9,431 nucleotides of DNA from a virus (taxonomy: Duplodnaviria > Heunggongvirae > Uroviricota > Caudoviricetes): positions 1 to 9,431 of IMG/VR virus record IMGVR_UViG_2778261165_000011. The stretch is one strand, 5' to 3'. The notes beneath the pieces were generated by a model. It did no database searches. It had not been told where the DNA came from and saw only the letters and a list, made by a program, of their open reading frames with translations. Position numbers and translations under genes: made by a program. Shown piece by piece: positions 6,135 to 9,431 of this stretch (positions within the stretch are counted from its first letter, which is position 1; every line of letters begins with the position of its first letter).

Positions 6135-6297
6135 TATCAGTTACAGCGTCTCTAACGTAACTACCTACCTTAACCCAATCTGAGTTGATAAGGTCGATGT
6201 CTGTAGCATTTGAATGATACTCGCTGTAGCTACCTGCTGGGCAAAGGTCAAGGATAGAGCCCATAGCGCTGAAAAAGTGCTTTGCAGATTTTTTCAT
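6076..6297 (-). CDS. Hypothetical 73-aa soluble protein, first gene of the cassette downstream of cI
   Basis: ATG at 6297 preceded by AGGA about 8 nt upstream; MKKSAKHFFSAMGSILDLCPAGSYSEYHSNATDIDLINSDWVKVGSYVRDAVTDNEQKKIPKKASNRRPEKSC. Its 3' end overlaps the 177-aa ORF start by 59 nt in another frame. Confidence 0.4.
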   Translation of the reverse strand: MKKSAKHFFSAMGSILDLCPAGSYSEYHSNATDIDLINSDWVKVGSYVRDAVTDNEQKKIPKKASNRRPEKSC

Positions 6298-6485
6298 GTG
6301 GGGTGTCCTATATGTTGTTTACTCTAATTTGAGTAATTGAAGTTTACGCAAAACCTAGCTTTCAGCAAGCAATACAGCACAAAAAAATCATGTAAATTTG
6401 CGTCTATTTTTATCTAACGGAAAAATGCTCAACAACTTTAGAGAAAAAATAGCAATACCAAATCAAACCAATTGCTGCTTCGCCT

Positions 6486-7145
6486 CTACCCAAACGTCTC
6501 TTCAGGCCACTGACTAGCGATAACTTTCCCCACAACGGAACAACTCTCATTGCATGGGATCATTGGGTATTGTGGGTTTAGTGGCTGTAGAAACACCTGA
6601 CCGCTATCCCTGATCAGTTTCTTGAAGGTAAACTCATCACCACCAAGTCTGGCTATGCAGAAATCGCCGGGCTCAACAGCTTGCTCTGGGTCAACCAGAA
6701 TTAACATCCCGTCAGGAAAACTAGGTTTGGAACCTGTTGGTGCGGTCATTGAGTTACCTTCAACCTCAAGCCAGAATGCAGAGTCACTGGCTTTTTTGGT
6801 TGTGCTTACCAATCTCTCCGCATCGCCTTTGGTAAAGGTTCTGAGTTCTGGAGAGAACATCCCAGCCTGAACATGAGAAAAAACAGGGTACTCATATTGT
6901 TTTTTAACTGGGGCCGATGAGTATTCGCCAACAGGTGAAAATGTCCCGTCGTGGTTGAATGATATGTTATCAATACCAAGGTATTTAAACACCACACCAA
7001 TATCACTAAGAGATGGATGACGAGATCCGCGCAACCAGTGTCCAATTCCACCCTGCGTCATACCTAGCTCTTCGGCTAACTTCTCTTGAGTTATGCCGAG
7101 CTCTTTCATTCTGGATCTAGCCAGTTCATACCATTTCATTTTCAT
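6486..7145 (-). CDS. cI: cI-family prophage repressor: non-lambda HTH N-terminal domain fused to a lambda-type S24 autocleavage C-terminal domain
   Basis: C-terminal ~135 aa ([29 protein letters not shown]...[12 protein letters not shown]) nearly identical to recalled lambda cI. N-terminus ([40 protein letters not shown]...) is a different HTH. Start placed at ATG 7145 (or 7139); the 256-aa track ORF over-extends into the operator region. Confidence 0.9.
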   Translation of the reverse strand: MKMKWYELARSRMKELGITQEKLAEELGMTQGGIGHWLRGSRHPSLSDIGVVFKYLGIDNISFNHDGTFSPVGEYSSAPVKKQYEYPVFSHVQAGMFSPELRTFTKGDAERLVSTTKKASDSAFWLEVEGNSMTAPTGSKPSFPDGMLILVDPEQAVEPGDFCIARLGGDEFTFKKLIRDSGQVFLQPLNPQYPMIPCNESCSVVGKVIASQWPEETFG

Positions 7146-7256
7146 GTCCTTATTATTACGCTCTGTACTGGAACCATCCATGCACAATGTGTATTTTTTG
7201 CTTGTGTTTAATGAGTACATATTGTATTTTTTATTTGTGGTTACTATGGAGGGCAT
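7146..7256. promoter_or_regulatory. OR region with divergent PRM/PR promoters and candidate operators
   Basis: 111-bp gap between divergent cI and cro. Contains two ~20-bp direct repeats, aatgtgtattttttgcttgtg (~7186-7206) and tattgtattttttatttgtgg (~7220-7240), plus TACTAT and a GGAGGG Shine-Dalgarno just before the cro ATG. Exact operator boundaries not resolved. Confidence 0.5.
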
Positions 7257-7472
7257 ATGAGCAACCTACGAAAATATCGAGAGTCACTGAATATCTCTCA
7301 AACAACACTTGCTAAGGCAGTTGGATGCACACAGGGAGCTATCGGACATTGGGAATCTGGTCGTCGCTTCCCAGACCTTAAAACATGCCGTGCTCTTGTT
7401 GCGTGTCTAAACAAGTTAGGCGCAAAAGTAAGTCTTGATGATGTGTTCCCGCCGGAGCACAAAGCTGCTTAA
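7257..7472 (+). CDS. cro: Cro-like HTH repressor
   Basis: 71-aa ORF divergent from cI with GGAGGG Shine-Dalgarno; [28 protein letters not shown]. Recognition-helix motif TQG.IGHW is shared with the cI N-terminal domain. Confidence 0.8.
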   Translation: MSNLRKYRESLNISQTTLAKAVGCTQGAIGHWESGRRFPDLKTCRALVACLNKLGAKVSLDDVFPPEHKAA

Positions 7473-7482
7473 TAAGCGGAGC

Positions 7483-7528
7483 CGCTCTTTGTAATAACGG
7501 ACATTCGTCCTACGTCGCTGAAAAGCGA
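7483..7528 (+). promoter_or_regulatory. nutR candidate (boxA plus boxB-like hairpin)
   Basis: CGCTCTTTG (7483-7491, boxA consensus), then hairpin GGAC-attc-GTCC, then TCGC-TGAAAA-GCGA (7515-7528). Located between cro and cII as in lambda. Confidence 0.5.
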
Positions 7529-7613
7529 GTCCCAAGATATCTGACCAACTAAGGCCATATGCGTTTCCACGCATACCTTTCAACTAACTATTCACTATTG
7601 GAAATCTTAAGAA

Positions 7614-7910
7614 ATGGAACGAACAAGTTACAGCAAACTATCACAGCGTGACGTTGATCGCGCAGAAACAGATTTACTCATCAACCTATCAACGCTTACC
7701 CAGCGCGGTCTGGCAAAGATGATTGGCTGTCATGAATCGAAGATAAGCAGAACGGACTGGAGATTTATTGCTTCGGTCTTGTGTGCTTTCGGAATGGCAT
7801 CAGACATCAGTCCGATTAGCAGGGCTTTTAAGTATGCGCTTGCTGAAATCACAAAGAAAAAATCCCCGGCCGCCACCGAGGATTTTAAGCAAATTGATAT
7901 GCAATTCTGA
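7614..7910 (+). CDS. cII: cII transcriptional activator
   Basis: 98-aa ORF. C-terminal part (...ITKKKSPAATEDFKQIDMQF) resembles recalled lambda cII (...TNKKRPAATERSEQIQMEF). Positioned between cro and O, overlapped by the oop terminator. Confidence 0.8.
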   Translation: MERTSYSKLSQRDVDRAETDLLINLSTLTQRGLAKMIGCHESKISRTDWRFIASVLCAFGMASDISPISRAFKYALAEITKKKSPAATEDFKQIDMQF

Positions 7911-7932
7911 GGGAATTACTGGATCAATCTAC
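7857..7932 (-). ncRNA. oop: oop antisense RNA
   Basis: Minus-strand sense begins GUAGAUUGAUCCAGUAAUUCCCUCAGAA, close to recalled lambda oop 5' end GUUGAUAGAUCCAGUAAUGACCUCAGAA. Ends in hairpin CCUCGG-uggcgg-CCGGGG followed by AUUUUUU, overlapping the cII 3' end. Confidence 0.55.
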
Positions 7933-7942
7933 AGGGGGCATT

Positions 7943-8838
7943 ATGACAAATACAGCCAAAATACTCAACTTCTGCAGAGGTAACTTTGCCAAACAGGAGC
8001 GTAATGTGGCAGATCTCGATGATGGTTACGCCAGACTATCAAATATGCTGCTTGAGGCTTATTCAGGCGCAGATCTGACCAAGCGACAGTTTAAAGTGCT
8101 GCTTGCCATTCTGCGTAAAACCTATGGGTGGAATAAACCAATGGACAGAATCACCGATTCTCAACTTAGCGAGATTACAAAGTTACCTGTCAAACGGTGC
8201 AATGAAGCCAAGTTAGAACTCGTCAGAATGAATATTATCAAGCAGCAAGGCGGCATGTTTGGACCAAATAAAAACATCTCAGAATGGTGTATCCCTCAAA
8301 ACGAGGGAAAATCCCCTAAAACGAGGGATAAAACATCCCTCAAATTGGGGGATTGCTATCCCTCAAAACAGGGGGACACAAAAGACACTATTACAAAAGA
8401 AAAAAGAAAAGATTATTCGTCAGAGAATTCTGGCGAATCCTCTGACCAGCCAGAAAACGACCTTTCTGCGGTGAAACCGGATGCTGCAATTCAGAGCGGC
8501 AGCAAGTGGGGGACAGCAGAAGACCTGACCGCCGCAGAGTGGATGTTTGACATGGTGAAGACTATCGCACCATCAGCCAGAAAACCGAATTTTGCTGGGT
8601 GGGCTAACGATATCCGCCTGATGCGTGAACGTGACGGACGTAACCACCGCGATATGTGTGTGCTGTTCCGCTGGGCCTGCCAGGACAACTTCTGGTCCGG
8701 TAATGTGCTGAGCCCGGCCAAACTCCGCGACAAGTGGACCCAGCTCGAAATCAACCGTAACAAGCAACAGGCAGTCGTGACAGCCAGCAAACCAAAACTC
8801 GACCTGACAAACACAGACTGGATTTACGGGGTGGATTT

Positions 8839-8842
<4 letters not shown>
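7943..8842 (+). CDS. O: Replication initiator O
   Basis: 299-aa ORF near-identical to recalled lambda O (MTNTAKILNF...NTDWIYGVDL); contains the iteron origin internally. Confidence 0.95.
8291..8420. repeat. ori-lambda: four ~18-bp iterons plus adjacent AT-rich region
   Basis: tccctcaaaacgaggga (8292-8308), tcccctaaaacgaggga (8312-8328), tccctcaaattggggga (8337-8353), tccctcaaaacaggggga (8359-8376), then acaaaagacactattacaaaagaaaaaagaaaagattatt. Confidence 0.85.
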
Positions 8843-9425
<583 letters not shown>

Positions 9426-9431
9426 TAGCTT

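Noticed and set aside
5712-7051. ORFs 5712-5906 (+), 6622-6870 (+), 6806-7051 (-)
   Set aside because: They lie within or antisense to the 177-aa membrane-protein gene and cI.
6486-7256. 256-aa version of the repressor ORF
   Set aside because: The extra 37 N-terminal codons run through the cI-cro operator/promoter region up to the cro start. The lambda-like start (MKMKW..., 7145) gives a protein of normal cI size.
8259-8474. 71-aa plus-strand ORF and the tandem repeats around 8291-8376, which could be mistaken for a gene or a CRISPR-like array
   Set aside because: It lies inside the O gene in another frame. The repeats are the four ori iterons followed by an AT-rich region, with no CRISPR-type spacer structure.

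Overview
This window is the early/immunity region of a lambdoid (phage lambda-like) prophage or phage; all protein identifications are by recall of lambda protein sequences and gene order, with no database search run. Minus strand, PL operon (right to left): N-like antiterminator, a 28-aa peptide, a ral remnant, ea10, cIII, kil, gam, bet, exo, three small ORFs and a TraR-like zinc-finger ORF. Centre: a cI-family repressor with a non-lambda N-terminal domain joined to a lambda-type C-terminal domain, facing a cro-like gene across an operator region. Plus strand, PR operon: cro, cII (with antisense oop RNA), O carrying a four-iteron origin, and a P gene that ends prematurely where lambda homology stops. 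Two elements are not explained by the lambda backbone: (1) a two-gene cassette (73-aa protein plus a 177-aa membrane protein) immediately downstream of cI, where lambda carries rexA/rexB, and (2) an AT-rich plus-strand membrane-protein gene at the left end. The first is the best candidate for an undescribed prophage-encoded exclusion or defence module. No rRNA, tRNA, CRISPR array or recognisable IS element was found.
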